Of a stretch of DNA of 64,000 bases, positions 53,802-63,818 are shown one piece after another; the first letter of the stretch is position 1; the number at the start of each line of letters is the position of its first letter. The notes beneath the pieces were generated by a model, which searched no databases, was not told where the DNA came from, and saw nothing but the letters and a program-made list of their open reading frames with translations. The translations under genes were made by a program, and so were the position numbers. Origin of the DNA: an uncultured virus (IMG/VR IMGVR_UViG_3300032167_000116) (Duplodnaviria; Heunggongvirae; Uroviricota; Caudoviricetes). The stretch spans positions 1-64,000 of IMG/VR virus record IMGVR_UViG_3300032167_000116; one strand, 5' to 3'.

Positions 53802-54850
53802 TTTTCTAACCCTGCAATCCTTTCCTGTGCCTTCGTGTATTCTTCCGTGTTGCGATAATTATATATTTTGTCATACTGCCTTTTGAAATCATCATAGTTC
53901 TTCGCCTTCACCGGAATGATTTCATCCTTGTATTGCCGCAATGCATCAACGGAAATTCCAAGCTTCCCGGCAATCGGTTCAAGGTCTTCATCGGACATCC
54001 TGTCAGTATCACCGATATATTTTGTTTCTTCCTCTCCAAGCAACCACCTTGCCCTTGAATCACAACGGCATCTGCAATTGATGTCTTCAGAAGGTTCCCC
54101 GAATCCACCCGGTTCCATTGCTTCCATGCCATAGATTTCAAACGGTTCATCAAGTTCCCGGACCTGTCCATCAAGCAATCTGTGTGTATCTCTTGTTTTG
54201 CTATCAAGCGCAGCACTCCAAATCTTCACAATGTCTGCTCCCCGGTCCTTTGCATGGTGCTGTGCATTGGAAATGGCCTTATTTTGGATCCTGTGGCCTT
54301 CAGTCCTTGCAATACGCATTGCATTGTTCTTGCTGATGCCTGCATATCCGGAAAGGTTTCTTGCAATCTCTGAATACATTGCATTGTTTGTGATTCCTCT
54401 GCTGATTTCAGAAGCAATCTTCTTGGAAAGTTCCTTGGTGTCCTTTCCAAGTGCCACATACAGTGACGATGACAGCTGTGTTTCATGCTGAATTGCTGCC
54501 ACAACCATTTCCTGATCAATCGGGAACACCAATGGAATGCCCTGCCCTTGTATATCATACAAAGTGCCGATGAATCCCTGTTCATAGCACTTTGTGAGAT
54601 ATTCGGAAACAGATTCAAAGTTGTTGTTGTGCAGCTGCTCCAAGATTGTTTCAATCTGTGATTTCAATTGCTTCTGATACTCTGTTTGATAGATGACATG
54701 TTGAAGATCGGCATCCCCACGCATCTGAAGGATTGCAATTCTTGTTTCAACCTCTGCCAATGCATCCTGATAGTTTTCGGACAGCTTTTTCAAGATCTCC
54801 TTTTCACTATTCAGTGATACTTGAAGCATTTCCTTCTGTCTGCGGTTCAT
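53798..54850 (-). CDS. Minor head protein (MuF/SPP1 gp7-like), short form
   Basis: RIARTE, LDSKTRDTH and INCRC motifs. Confidence 0.88.
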   Translation of the reverse strand: MNRRQKEMLQVSLNSEKEILKKLSENYQDALAEVETRIAILQMRGDADLQHVIYQTEYQKQLKSQIETILEQLHNNNFESVSEYLTKCYEQGFIGTLYDIQGQGIPLVFPIDQEMVVAAIQHETQLSSSLYVALGKDTKELSKKIASEISRGITNNAMYSEIARNLSGYAGISKNNAMRIARTEGHRIQNKAISNAQHHAKDRGADIVKIWSAALDSKTRDTHRLLDGQVRELDEPFEIYGMEAMEPGGFGEPSEDINCRCRCDSRARWLLGEEETKYIGDTDRMSDEDLEPIAGKLGISVDALRQYKDEIIPVKAKNYDDFKRQYDKIYNYRNTEEYTKAQERIAGLEK

Positions 54851-56297
54851 CTGTCATCACCCCATTCAAAGCACCCTGTGCAGCCTTCAGTTCATTTTCA
54901 GCTTCATCCGGATCCGGAAGCTTCCCTTTGATTTCTTCATAGTCAATGTCAAGCACATCACAGATATTCTGCATCAATGTTTCATTGTCAAGCTTTGCCG
55001 CAAGGTTCAACAAAGTGGTGATTCTTGCCTGCTGCTCCTGTGCTTCCAATAATGCAATCTGTGCATTCTCCTGTGCATTGGACATCACTTCATGTGCAAA
55101 GTTGAAATACACATCCTTCTGCTGATAATCAGTGCCATTGATGCTGTTGATTTCATCAAGGACGATCTTCAGGATCTTCCGGAACATCTGCTTCAGCTTG
55201 ATTTCCTTCTTGGTTGCCTTCAGGTCAAGAAGGGAATACATTGCCTTGATTGCAATGTTTGTGGTTGCAGCAGTGTCCTTCAGTCCGGACATGTTCAAAC
55301 CGAATCCGAATCTGTAAATATTCTTTTCATCCAAGTTCAGTTTTGCTTCCCTTGCCTGATACGGAACATCTACTGTGTGGACCTCAACACCACCATTTTC
55401 ATCAGTGCCGATGATCTTCTTGGTCTTCAAATTGGTCTGCAATTCATCAAGGTTGTCACCTTGGAATCCCTTCACAACATGAATCGGTGTGTCAAAGTCA
55501 ATCAGATTGTTTGAAAGGCTGCTTGCCATCAAATCATAGTCATCAATCAGATCCTTGATCGGTTTCAAGTCACTGAATCTCTTTTTGTTGTTATCCAACC
55601 TGAAGAACGGAATGAACCCGAATCCTTCAAAATAGGTGGAATCATCATTTTCCTTCTTCCATGTGGTGTGCGGCCTTGGATTGATCTTCATGGAATCATC
55701 TTCAATGATCTTCCCATCAGATCCCATGACATAGAAATATGCCTGCTTATCATCCCACACTTGGATTCTTGTGATTTCCTTCTTGCCCTTGTCAATTCTA
55801 TCAATATAGTGATAGATGACATATTCGCATCCGTCATCGGTGTCCTTCTCCCGGACCTCAATCACACCAAGGCTGTCAGCACACTGAAAGGCAATCCGGT
55901 CTTCCGCATTCTTATATGCGTACAAATAGCCGAATCCCTTTGCACTGCTGTCAGTGAGTAATTCAGCCACTTCAGAAGCGAAATCTTCATTGTTGTTGAA
56001 GTATATATCCAATTCTTCCTGAAGCTTCGGATCATCCGACTTGAACAGGCCATCATCCCCGGAAAGAATGTACTGCACCACCTGATCAACCAATTCAGCA
56101 AAGAACGGATGTGAATTCCGGACATTTGCCCTTGTCGTGTCTTCCTGAATCTTTCCATCAGCATCATAATAGAACACCCGGTATTGCTTGATGTCGTGTT
56201 CTCCTTCGTAGTATCTCTGACCGATCCTTGCAAACTTCTTATTGTCTGCACCCTTGTCTTCGTCAATAAACTGCTTTATTTCATCAATCGAAAGCAT
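54807..56297 (-). CDS. Portal protein (SPP1 gp6-like)
   Basis: Homologue of 18113..19585. Confidence 0.92.
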   Translation of the reverse strand: MLSIDEIKQFIDEDKGADNKKFARIGQRYYEGEHDIKQYRVFYYDADGKIQEDTTRANVRNSHPFFAELVDQVVQYILSGDDGLFKSDDPKLQEELDIYFNNNEDFASEVAELLTDSSAKGFGYLYAYKNAEDRIAFQCADSLGVIEVREKDTDDGCEYVIYHYIDRIDKGKKEITRIQVWDDKQAYFYVMGSDGKIIEDDSMKINPRPHTTWKKENDDSTYFEGFGFIPFFRLDNNKKRFSDLKPIKDLIDDYDLMASSLSNNLIDFDTPIHVVKGFQGDNLDELQTNLKTKKIIGTDENGGVEVHTVDVPYQAREAKLNLDEKNIYRFGFGLNMSGLKDTAATTNIAIKAMYSLLDLKATKKEIKLKQMFRKILKIVLDEINSINGTDYQQKDVYFNFAHEVMSNAQENAQIALLEAQEQQARITTLLNLAAKLDNETLMQNICDVLDIDYEEIKGKLPDPDEAENELKAAQGALNGVMTDEPQTEGNASSITE

Positions 56298-56311
56298 CTT
56301 TACACCCCTTT

Positions 56312-56665
56312 CTATAAACAATCGGCATCCAAAAATGCCTTGAAAATTTTAGGTCCTTGTATTGCGAACCAATCTGTGATTGTTTCATCCTGCCCGAATG
56401 CTTCTGAAGTTCCGCTGTTGTTCCATATACCGGATTCATAGAAAAAAGCATGAATTATTTCATGCCTTAACACTTTCTTTCTATATTCCGTCAAATCAGA
56501 AAGACTATTTCTGCATGGTTCAAACTTCCTGATTTTGATTGTCTTGATACTTTGGTCCATGCAACCATCGGAATCTTCAGGCATATCTTCTTCCGGAACA
56601 TCATATAAAATTGTATATTCCGTTCCTAAAACATCTAATACATCCATTTCTTCTGCTTTCTCCAT
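56312..56665 (-). CDS. HExxH metallopeptidase-like small protein
   Basis: VLRHEIIHAFFYESG..ETITDWFA; inserted between terL and the portal gene. Confidence 0.7.
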   Translation of the reverse strand: MEKAEEMDVLDVLGTEYTILYDVPEEDMPEDSDGCMDQSIKTIKIRKFEPCRNSLSDLTEYRKKVLRHEIIHAFFYESGIWNNSGTSEAFGQDETITDWFAIQGPKIFKAFLDADCL

Positions 56666-57870
56666 CCTTCTATGACATAACGCAAGGCCGCCATTGCATC
56701 ATCTTGGAATGCCACAGGTTCATCTAAATATTCCCCTGTTCGGTCATCCTTTTTCCATTTCCATTGCTGCAATTCCTTGATGGTATTCACACAAGAAGGA
56801 TGCACATATATTTTCCGCTGCTTCAGATACTCAATCTGTGCCTTCACGGATCCACCGGAACCACCCTTGTCAACACCTTTTGCCCGGTTATATCCACCCT
56901 TCTGCCACATCTTGATTCTGTCTGGTTCTGCCGAATCACACCACATCTGCTTGTTTCGTGGTATATCAGCAGCCTTTGCCATTTCAATCAGTTCTGAAGT
57001 GTCCTTTTCAAACTCATATATTTCCTTCGTGATATAGATGTCATCATCCTTGATTCCGCATGGAAGGATCGCATTCGCATGGTTGAAACCAAAGTCCTGA
57101 CCGATTGCAAAATCATCATAATCGGCAGGATTCTGTGAGATCTCTTTCACTTCCCAATTGTGAAGGATCAATCCACCGATTTCACCCCATTCACCAAGGC
57201 CATATATTTGATACCCTTCCGGATCCACAATCTTTCTTCGCTCCATGCGCTGCTTGTATGCATCATCAATGAAACGGTTCTGAAGATATGTGCTGTGATG
57301 ACACAACACATTCGGATCCGGAATATCAAAAAAGACTTTCTTGATCCAGTGATTCTTGTTCACCGGATTGAAAGTCATTCTGATCTGATAAAATTGCCCT
57401 TCCGGAAGTTCACCACGCAAACGGTCATCAATGATTTCCAAGTCTGCCTGCGTGAATTCCGTTGCTTCTTCCAACCAAACATCCGTCAGCTTCCCTTTTG
57501 GGAATGTGATTGACTTCAGCTTCTCCCTTTGCCTATCATCATTCATTCCCCGGAATATGATCTGATTTCCATTCGGAATGAATGTCAATGCCATTGGTGA
57601 CTTGTTTACTCTCCAATACTTATCATATTGATCACCAAACATCTTGTATAAGGCACCTGTCAATTCAGCAAAGGTTGAATCCCTGTTGCTGATGTCTGAT
57701 TTTCTCATTGCCACAAGGTTTCTTCCGGGATCCTGCATCAATCGCAGTATGTAATTCTGTGCAGTATCAACGGATTTTCCGGATCCTGCTGATCCTTTCA
57801 TGACAATATACCGCTTTTTGCTTCGGTCCACTTCCCGGAATCCGGGATTCATCTGAACTTTTATATTCAT
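56635..57870 (-). CDS. terL: Terminase large subunit (PBSX family)
   Basis: GSAGSGKS, VWLEEATE, GQDFGF. Confidence 0.95.
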   Translation of the reverse strand: MNIKVQMNPGFREVDRSKKRYIVMKGSAGSGKSVDTAQNYILRLMQDPGRNLVAMRKSDISNRDSTFAELTGALYKMFGDQYDKYWRVNKSPMALTFIPNGNQIIFRGMNDDRQREKLKSITFPKGKLTDVWLEEATEFTQADLEIIDDRLRGELPEGQFYQIRMTFNPVNKNHWIKKVFFDIPDPNVLCHHSTYLQNRFIDDAYKQRMERRKIVDPEGYQIYGLGEWGEIGGLILHNWEVKEISQNPADYDDFAIGQDFGFNHANAILPCGIKDDDIYITKEIYEFEKDTSELIEMAKAADIPRNKQMWCDSAEPDRIKMWQKGGYNRAKGVDKGGSGGSVKAQIEYLKQRKIYVHPSCVNTIKELQQWKWKKDDRTGEYLDEPVAFQDDAMAALRYVIEGWRKQKKWMY

Positions 57871-58313
57871 TCATCTTCATCCCCATAATCAACACTGATG
57901 TTCAGGCTCATGTCCACATCAGCTTCAACCTTTTCTGTATACAGTCCATAACGCTTGCCAAGAAGTTCTGCCGCCTTCAATCTGTCCTTCTCTGAAGGTT
58001 CCTTCATGATCGTCCTTGCTTCAGAACATCCTTCCCCGGTTCCTTCCACCACAATTTCTGCGGATTTACTTTTGCCACGCAAAACAGATGTCAAGTATTT
58101 CAGCACTTCATCCTGATCAGCAATCAATGCTTTTTCCTTTTCTGCCATCCGTTCTTCTATATATTCGCTGATATAAGGTTTTTTTAGGTTTTCATTTGCA
58201 ATTACTGCCGCTGTCTTTACAGAATATCCTGCTCTTATAGCTGCTTGTGTGGCATTTAAGTCAATCAGATATTCATCACAGAATCTTTGCTGTTTGGCTG
58301 TTAATTTAGCCAT
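57867..58313 (-). CDS. terS: Terminase small subunit
   Basis: KQQRFCDEYLIDLNATQAAIRAGYS; start taken at MAKL. Confidence 0.93.
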   Translation of the reverse strand: MAKLTAKQQRFCDEYLIDLNATQAAIRAGYSVKTAAVIANENLKKPYISEYIEERMAEKEKALIADQDEVLKYLTSVLRGKSKSAEIVVEGTGEGCSEARTIMKEPSEKDRLKAAELLGKRYGLYTEKVEADVDMSLNISVDYGDEDE

Positions 58314-58330
58314 CACAATCACCACCTTTG

Positions 58331-58424
58331 AAACAAAAAGGCCTTGAATGCAGGAGTATTGAGCATCATTCAAGGCCAAAGGAAAAGGTGCTGCCCTCAC
58401 CCGAAGACAACACCTTCATGAATC
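58331..58424 (-). ncRNA. Putative structured leader/sRNA upstream of terS
   Basis: Counterpart of 21287..21380. Confidence 0.5.
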
Positions 58425-58505
58425 ATTTTACATTTTAATAATATCACAGGTTTTCAATCACATGTTATACAACATTTTGCAAAAAAGTCACAACGTATAC
58501 ATTTT

Positions 58506-58967
58506 TTAACACTTTTTCTTCTTTGCATCATGCCTTTGTTCCTGTGCATATAGCATTGCATAATACTGACCGTAACTCATGCCACTTGCCAATGCCTTGC
58601 TGTTCGCTTCGTGCAGCTGCTCTTTCTCTTTCTGCTTCTTTTCTTCCTGAAGCTTTTCCTGTCGTTTCTTCTCCCTATACTCCACACCATACACCTTTTG
58701 CCTTTCAGCACTTGCCTTGATTCTGCATCCATCGTTGCAATACACTTTCGTTTCCTTGGTTGTCGTGAACTTCTTCCCACACCACAAACAAAGTCTTTCA
58801 TGCCGAACCACTTCCCCGGTCTTTTCCCTTTTTCTTCTCTCTCGCTTCCGCTTATTTTCCACAGTTATTGCACAATCCGGGGAACAATACTTTTTGTTCA
58901 GATCTCCTTTTTGGTATTCGTTCACCCAAAATTCACTGCCGCAGTATGCACATATTTTCTTTGTCAT
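58506..58967 (-). CDS. Cys-rich protein with a GMSYG C-terminal motif
   Basis: CAYC..YCSPDC, CLWC..YCNDGC, SGMSYGQY. Confidence 0.75.
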   Translation of the reverse strand: MTKKICAYCGSEFWVNEYQKGDLNKKYCSPDCAITVENKRKRERRKREKTGEVVRHERLCLWCGKKFTTTKETKVYCNDGCRIKASAERQKVYGVEYREKKRQEKLQEEKKQKEKEQLHEANSKALASGMSYGQYYAMLYAQEQRHDAKKKKC

Positions 58968-59260
58968 CCCTGCTCCTTTCTGTTATCAATCGGGGATTTC
59001 AGCCAATCAAAAATCAATTTTTCTCCAACTCCGTGACAAAACTGCTTCGTCAAAAACTCTGCCAATTCTACATCATTCATTGTCCGGATGCGGTCTGCGT
59101 TGGTTTCCTGCTCCCACATATCTGTTGCATTTCTTATACACTTGACACATGGATGTTCTTCAATACCATTCATCTTGTATTTGCAGTTATCGCATTCTCT
59201 CTCCATCCTGCGCTCCTTTCTGACACCTTTCACACTTATCCTTAAACATGCAATCCTCAC
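58964..59260 (-). CDS. Hypothetical phage protein (true start probably MEREC)
   Basis: TNADRIRTMNDVELAEFL motif common in phage early genes. Confidence 0.65.
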   Translation of the reverse strand: MRIACLRISVKGVRKERRMERECDNCKYKMNGIEEHPCVKCIRNATDMWEQETNADRIRTMNDVELAEFLTKQFCHGVGEKLIFDWLKSPIDNRKEQG

Positions 59261-59499
59261 ACTTCAACCACTTTTTCTTCTTTCGTTTCTGTGCCATGTA
59301 GTCAAAATATTGTACCAAGCAATATTTGAACATCATTGCTCCCCCTCTAAACCCAAACTAGCCACCAATATACACCTACCATCCAAACCGTCATCAAGGA
59401 AGTACGGACATTTTGTGCATGGAATGTGCAGACAGCGTTTTTCAAACTCCTTACGTTTAAAATACTGCTTAATTTTTCGTATCATGGTTGCTCCTTTCC

Positions 59500-59811
59500 T
59501 TAACTCCAATCAAGATGCTTCCCACAACCGCAAACACGATGGTAATACAAAACAATTCCGTGGCAAGTAGGACAGTGCCAATTCCCGATGTTGGGATTTG
59601 AATCATACGGCACATAATATGGCTTATTCGGCTTTGCCTTTTCCTTCAACTCTCGGAACTCGGAAACAGTGCCGATTGCTCTGTACGATTCCAATTCTTC
59701 CAAAAGTCCCTTCTGCGCTTCCAACGTTTTTCCATAATGTCTGCCACCGCCAACAATTAGAACTTTAGGTTTCTTCGTCATTCTGCACCGCCTTCCTCTA
59801 CTATCCTGCAA
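59500..59811 (-). CDS. Zn-ribbon hypothetical protein
   Basis: WHCPTC...CGCGKHLDWS. Confidence 0.65.
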   Translation of the reverse strand: MQDSRGRRCRMTKKPKVLIVGGGRHYGKTLEAQKGLLEELESYRAIGTVSEFRELKEKAKPNKPYYVPYDSNPNIGNWHCPTCHGIVLYYHRVCGCGKHLDWS

Positions 59812-60011
59812 GGAACATCATCATCAACCTTTTTAATATCGTTGTAATCAATGATGATTTCCGTTTTTTCGCTTTCATCACAAGAACAAATCCCACAAGC
59901 GCACCAATCCGGACGGATCTTGTCACATTGTTTCAGCAACTGTTTAAGTGTTATATCTTCCGGTGCTTCTGCTATAAAAGAAATATCACATCCATTCAAA
60001 ATAAACTTCAT
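59778..60011 (-). CDS. Hypothetical protein
   Basis: RBS and operon packing. Confidence 0.6.
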   Translation of the reverse strand: MKFILNGCDISFIAEAPEDITLKQLLKQCDKIRPDWCACGICSCDESEKTEIIIDYNDIKKVDDDVPCRIVEEGGAE

Positions 60012-60015
60012 TCTG

Positions 60016-60240
60016 TCACTCTCCTTCCTGCGGATCCTCTAATCTCTCCAATAGTTGCTCTCGCATTTCTCTGTCCTTTGCTTCGATCTCCCGAAGTCCG
60101 TTCTTAAACTCCTTTATGGTGATTTCTCCTGCTTTGTACTTCTGCTTCAAGGTTTCCCTGCTGTACTTCATTCCGTCACCTTCCTTTCCAAGATCTCCTG
60201 AACATGCTTCAATGCCCGGCCATGAACTGTTGTGGCCCAT
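60016..60240 (-). CDS. Hypothetical protein (true start probably MKYSRE)
   Basis: Homologue of 23418..23627. Confidence 0.7.
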   Translation of the reverse strand: MGHNSSWPGIEACSGDLGKEGDGMKYSRETLKQKYKAGEITIKEFKNGLREIEAKDREMREQLLERLEDPQEGE

Positions 60241-60611
60241 GAATATGATTTGTCCATCATGGCAGCAGCTTCATCAAGCGTTTTGAACTGTATGTATACC
60301 TTGTGCAGCACATCATATTCAGCAACCGGAAGCTTTTCAATGGTCCTGATGACATCCTTCTTGGTATCAATCAATTCATCTATGTATCTATCAATTTCTT
60401 CTTCCATTTCAATCAATCTGATCACTGCATCTTCCATCCTGCTTTTGTTCCCGGAAGACTGAACCCTTTCCTGTTCCGAAGAACAGGATCCGGTTGACAG
60501 TGCAATTGATTTCCACTGACTTTTTTCTATCAGCTTGTTTTGAATCATTTTGTCAAGCTTGCTGACCTGCTGAAGATAGTCCTTTGCTTTCATTGCTTTT
60601 CCCCTTTCCAT
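60168..60611 (-). CDS. RinA/ArpU/DUF1492-like late activator
   Basis: Homologue of 25368..25823 (ERVQSSG, HGRAL). Confidence 0.8.
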   Translation of the reverse strand: MERGKAMKAKDYLQQVSKLDKMIQNKLIEKSQWKSIALSTGSCSSEQERVQSSGNKSRMEDAVIRLIEMEEEIDRYIDELIDTKKDVIRTIEKLPVAEYDVLHKVYIQFKTLDEAAAMMDKSYSWATTVHGRALKHVQEILERKVTE

Positions 60612-60658
60612 ATTTTTTCGCCAATCTTGCCTTCAGTCGATCCCTTCTTTCTTCAAAG

Positions 60659-61435
60659 TCAGGGATCACCATTCCCAAGCAACTGTTTCTCTAATGCATC
60701 CATGTCACCATAGTTGTGCTGTGGAATGTCGTTGAAGCTGTTCTTTTTGATCCAAGAAGGAACAGGTTCTGTTCTTCCGGTTGTTGCTTTCTTCAATGGG
60801 AATATACCCTGCCAACCGTTCACAATCGACTGATTCAGAATTTCAATCTGTTCAGGAATGGATCCTGACAGTTTGTTCAGTTTGCTAAGAAGAAGTGAAA
60901 CGGCATTTTCCGTCATTGGTTTCTTGATACCTTTCCGATAATCAATAAAATCAATGATTGCTTTGTTCAGTTCGGGAACATCAGAATATATTATTTCTTT
61001 ACATTCTTTTACCTTCTTAACATTCTTTATCTTCTTGTTTGTCGTCACTTGTCCGTCACTTGTCTGTCGGTTGTCCGTCACTTGAATGCTGTTTTGTCCG
61101 TCAGAAGTCTGATACAAATCCCATTTAAGCACTGTAATCAGTGAGTTTTTATTACTTGTCTGTCTGTCAATCTGTCCGTCACTTATGAAGTCATTTAGTG
61201 TTCGCCTGACTTTACTTTCAGAAATAGACAACTGATTCCCTATGGAAATACAACCTGTGATCAACTGCCCCGGCTGCAACATTATTTTCTTACCTTTGAA
61301 CAACGCAGGATATTCCGCATGTGTGGCATTCAGCAATAAATACATCCATACCGCAAGATGGTCCGCATCCTTCATGACAATTGGATTGTCAAGCAGCTTC
61401 CTATGAAGTTTTATCCATCCATTGTTGTCAGCCAT
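60659..61435 (-). CDS. Replication initiator
   Basis: GWIKLHRKLL..YLLLNA.H, QSIVNGWQGIF; internal iterons. Confidence 0.82.
   Translation of the reverse strand: MADNNGWIKLHRKLLDNPIVMKDADHLAVWMYLLLNATHAEYPALFKGKKIMLQPGQLITGCISIGNQLSISESKVRRTLNDFISDGQIDRQTSNKNSLITVLKWDLYQTSDGQNSIQVTDNRQTSDGQVTTNKKIKNVKKVKECKEIIYSDVPELNKAIIDFIDYRKGIKKPMTENAVSLLLSKLNKLSGSIPEQIEILNQSIVNGWQGIFPLKKATTGRTEPVPSWIKKNSFNDIPQHNYGDMDALEKQLLGNGDP
61039..61183. repeat. Putative origin iterons of phage 2
   Basis: Several (T)TGTCCGTCAC-like 11-mers inside the initiator gene. Confidence 0.7.
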
Positions 61436-61439
61436 AAAA

Positions 61440-61763
61440 TCATCCCCTTGCGTATTCCCGGAAGACTTCTTCATTCAAAAGCCTTTGTCCTTCAACAGTG
61501 CTACTTCCACACAGTTCCGGATGCTCTGCCTGAAGCTTCTGTCGTGTTCTTCTGATCGTTTCCGTTGATGGGAACCCATATTCCTTCATGTGAAGAAAGA
61601 ATGTCGGCATCGACATGGAATCTATATCAATACCATTCTTCTTTCCTACAATCTTATAAACCATATAACACAAATAATTGTCACTGCTTCTTGCCATCGG
61701 CTGTTCCGTCAGGACTTCAAGAACAATGTCCTGTGTTGTTTTCAATTCATTCAGTTTTCCCAT
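61440..61763 (-). CDS. Hypothetical phage protein
   Basis: ETIRRTRQKLQ motif. Confidence 0.65.
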   Translation of the reverse strand: MGKLNELKTTQDIVLEVLTEQPMARSSDNYLCYMVYKIVGKKNGIDIDSMSMPTFFLHMKEYGFPSTETIRRTRQKLQAEHPELCGSSTVEGQRLLNEEVFREYARG

Positions 61764-61778
61764 TGCAAATACTCCTTC

Positions 61779-62186
61779 CTAAATCTCTTTGATTTGGATC
61801 CCATGCACATGCAGCATCAGTTTCCTTTTAAGAACAAAATATGCATAACCTGCTGTTGATGGATTTCTATAACCCTTTGTGTCTTCAACCACTGTCTTTC
61901 CATCTTGCTGATAAACAAAATCAGCTATGTACGAACATTCTTTTTCAATGCATCTTTGGCCATCCTTCAGCCTTTTCCCTGTCTTTGAATATCTTTCAAT
62001 GACTTCATACTGTGAAGGGATCAGAACATATTTGACTTGCCTTTGCAGGCCTTGGATTGCCCCTGCTTTTTCAAGCAAGGACAATTCCTGAAACCTTTTT
62101 GCTTCCTTCTTGGAATCAAAGACAATGCCATCAATTTCAACCTTCTTGCTGCCATATTTGTTGCCACTGTATCTTTTCCAAGCCAT
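61779..62186 (-). CDS. DUF1064-family putative endonuclease
   Basis: DGIVFDSKKEA, YIADFVY and VVEDTKG motifs. Confidence 0.85.
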   Translation of the reverse strand: MAWKRYSGNKYGSKKVEIDGIVFDSKKEAKRFQELSLLEKAGAIQGLQRQVKYVLIPSQYEVIERYSKTGKRLKDGQRCIEKECSYIADFVYQQDGKTVVEDTKGYRNPSTAGYAYFVLKRKLMLHVHGIQIKEI

Positions 62187-62199
62187 GCTGCACCTACTT

Positions 62200-62529
62200 T
62201 CAATCTGTTATTGCTATAGAATCATATACTTCTGATTCACAGCCAACACCATTGATACATATGGAGCATGCTTCAATGCCAAGCACAACATAACCTTCCT
62301 TGCAAACACCGGGTTCATCAAGAATATAATTGATGTATACAACAGCGCATCTTCCTGTTAACATGTGTTCGCCTTTTCCATTGCAAGGATGTGGTGTCAG
62401 TTCATTCAAACCGATAAAATCACCCACCATGAAATTCCTGTCATTCTTACGGACTTCAAAAGTCTTTTTACCTGACACAACATCCTCAAAATACTTTGAA
62501 CCAATTTTCAATTGATGTATCATACACAA
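62200..62529 (-). CDS. ASCH/DUF3850 domain protein
   Basis: HQLKI..YFEDV.SGKKTFEVRKNDRNF.VGD. Confidence 0.85.
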   Translation of the reverse strand: MCMIHQLKIGSKYFEDVVSGKKTFEVRKNDRNFMVGDFIGLNELTPHPCNGKGEHMLTGRCAVVYINYILDEPGVCKEGYVVLGIEACSICINGVGCESEVYDSIAITD

Positions 62530-62540
62530 TCACCTTCTCC

Positions 62541-62831
62541 CTAGCTGATAACTGCAACACCGCAATCATGATCCTTTTTGTTCGCAAAATAGCTTTCACC
62601 TTCAGGAAGAACCATATATCCTGCATCATAATCAAGCATTGGATTTGGTCTTGGCTTGTTTATGCGGAACAATCCGCTAATATCTTTTGCAAAGCCACCG
62701 CAAGTGTGACGAATCACAAAAGGTGAAGGTTTTTCACCATCTTCAATCCCTTTTTCACACCACATCCTGAATTCTTTTCCGCACTTTTCGCATTTATATA
62801 CCATATATCCATGAACCATAATTTTTCCCAT
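62541..62831 (-). CDS. Zn-ribbon hypothetical protein
   Basis: YKCEKCGK; RBS. Confidence 0.6.
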   Translation of the reverse strand: MGKIMVHGYMVYKCEKCGKEFRMWCEKGIEDGEKPSPFVIRHTCGGFAKDISGLFRINKPRPNPMLDYDAGYMVLPEGESYFANKKDHDCGVAVIS

Positions 62832-62846
62832 ACATGCACCTACTTC

Positions 62847-63266
62847 CTAATTGAACGGCAATTCTTCATCAATGCCATCCGGGATGTTCATGAACCCATC
62901 CTGATCAACCTGTGGTGCAGATGCCGCATTGCTTGCCGATCCACTTCCCTTGCTTTCGCAGAATTCAAAAGTGTTCACCACAATCTGTTCCGAATAATGC
63001 TTGACACCATCCTTTTCATAGTGGTTATTTCTCACTTCACCTTCAATCAGAAGCTTTGTTCCCTTGCCTACACTGCATTTTTCAAATGTTTCAGCAATTT
63101 TCCCAAATGCCACAAAGCTGAAAAAATCTGCTTCAGGTTGTCCTTCCTGCTTGAATCTTCTGTTACATGCACCGTTAAATCTTGCAACAGCCTCAGCCTT
63201 GCCATCCTGTGAATATTTGATTTCTGCATCAGCAGTCAATCTGATTATGCCTATCCATTTATTCAT
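62847..63266 (-). CDS. ssb: Single-stranded DNA-binding protein
   Basis: ADFF..VAFGKIAE, KGTKLLIEG, acidic tail DEELPFN. Confidence 0.9.
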   Translation of the reverse strand: MNKWIGIIRLTADAEIKYSQDGKAEAVARFNGACNRRFKQEGQPEADFFSFVAFGKIAETFEKCSVGKGTKLLIEGEVRNNHYEKDGVKHYSEQIVVNTFEFCESKGSGSASNAASAPQVDQDGFMNIPDGIDEELPFN

Positions 63267-63471
63267 CTTCTTCACCTTCCTTTGGAGCCAAAACAGCTTC
63301 GCCAATATAGTCAAACTGTTCGTTTGTCAATCTTATGTATGCAGTTCCCTTGTATGGAATTTTCATTCCTGCCTGAACCCCCCATGATTTGACTTCATCA
63401 ACAATCAGCAGGCAACCGCACCATTCACCGGAATTTTCGTTTGCCTGAATTACAGAACCAACTTTCACCAT
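63259..63471 (-). CDS. Hypothetical phage protein
   Basis: WCGCLLIVDEVKSWGVQA motif; operon packing. Confidence 0.65.
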   Translation of the reverse strand: MVKVGSVIQANENSGEWCGCLLIVDEVKSWGVQAGMKIPYKGTAYIRLTNEQFDYIGEAVLAPKEGEEDE

Positions 63472-63803
63472 CAGATGTCACCTTCCCTTCTGTGCAGGCT
63501 GTGTTCCGCATCAAATCCTTCCGGGAATCTTGCCTTCAGCTTGTCGATGTTCATCTGCATCACTTCTTCAAGGCTCCATCCATGCGCTGTGCAATATTCG
63601 GCCACGAACCAAAGCAGATCACCAACTTCTTTCTTCATGTGTTCTTCGTTGAAATCATGCCCCTGATATAACTTTTGACAAATGCTGTGGATCTCCCCGA
63701 CTTCAGCCGACATCCCATGCAATGCATGAAGTTCATTCTGCCATGCCATAAGGTCATGATTGATAGTTCTTGCCGCTAATGCCTGATATTCGTTTCCGGT
63801 CAT
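63471..63803 (-). CDS. MazG-like nucleotide pyrophosphohydrolase
   Basis: NEYQ..A.RT, EVGE, KEVGDLLWFVA, NIDKLKARFPEGF. Confidence 0.88.
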   Translation of the reverse strand: MTGNEYQALAARTINHDLMAWQNELHALHGMSAEVGEIHSICQKLYQGHDFNEEHMKKEVGDLLWFVAEYCTAHGWSLEEVMQMNIDKLKARFPEGFDAEHSLHRREGDI

Positions 63804-63818
63804 AACGCATCCCCCCTT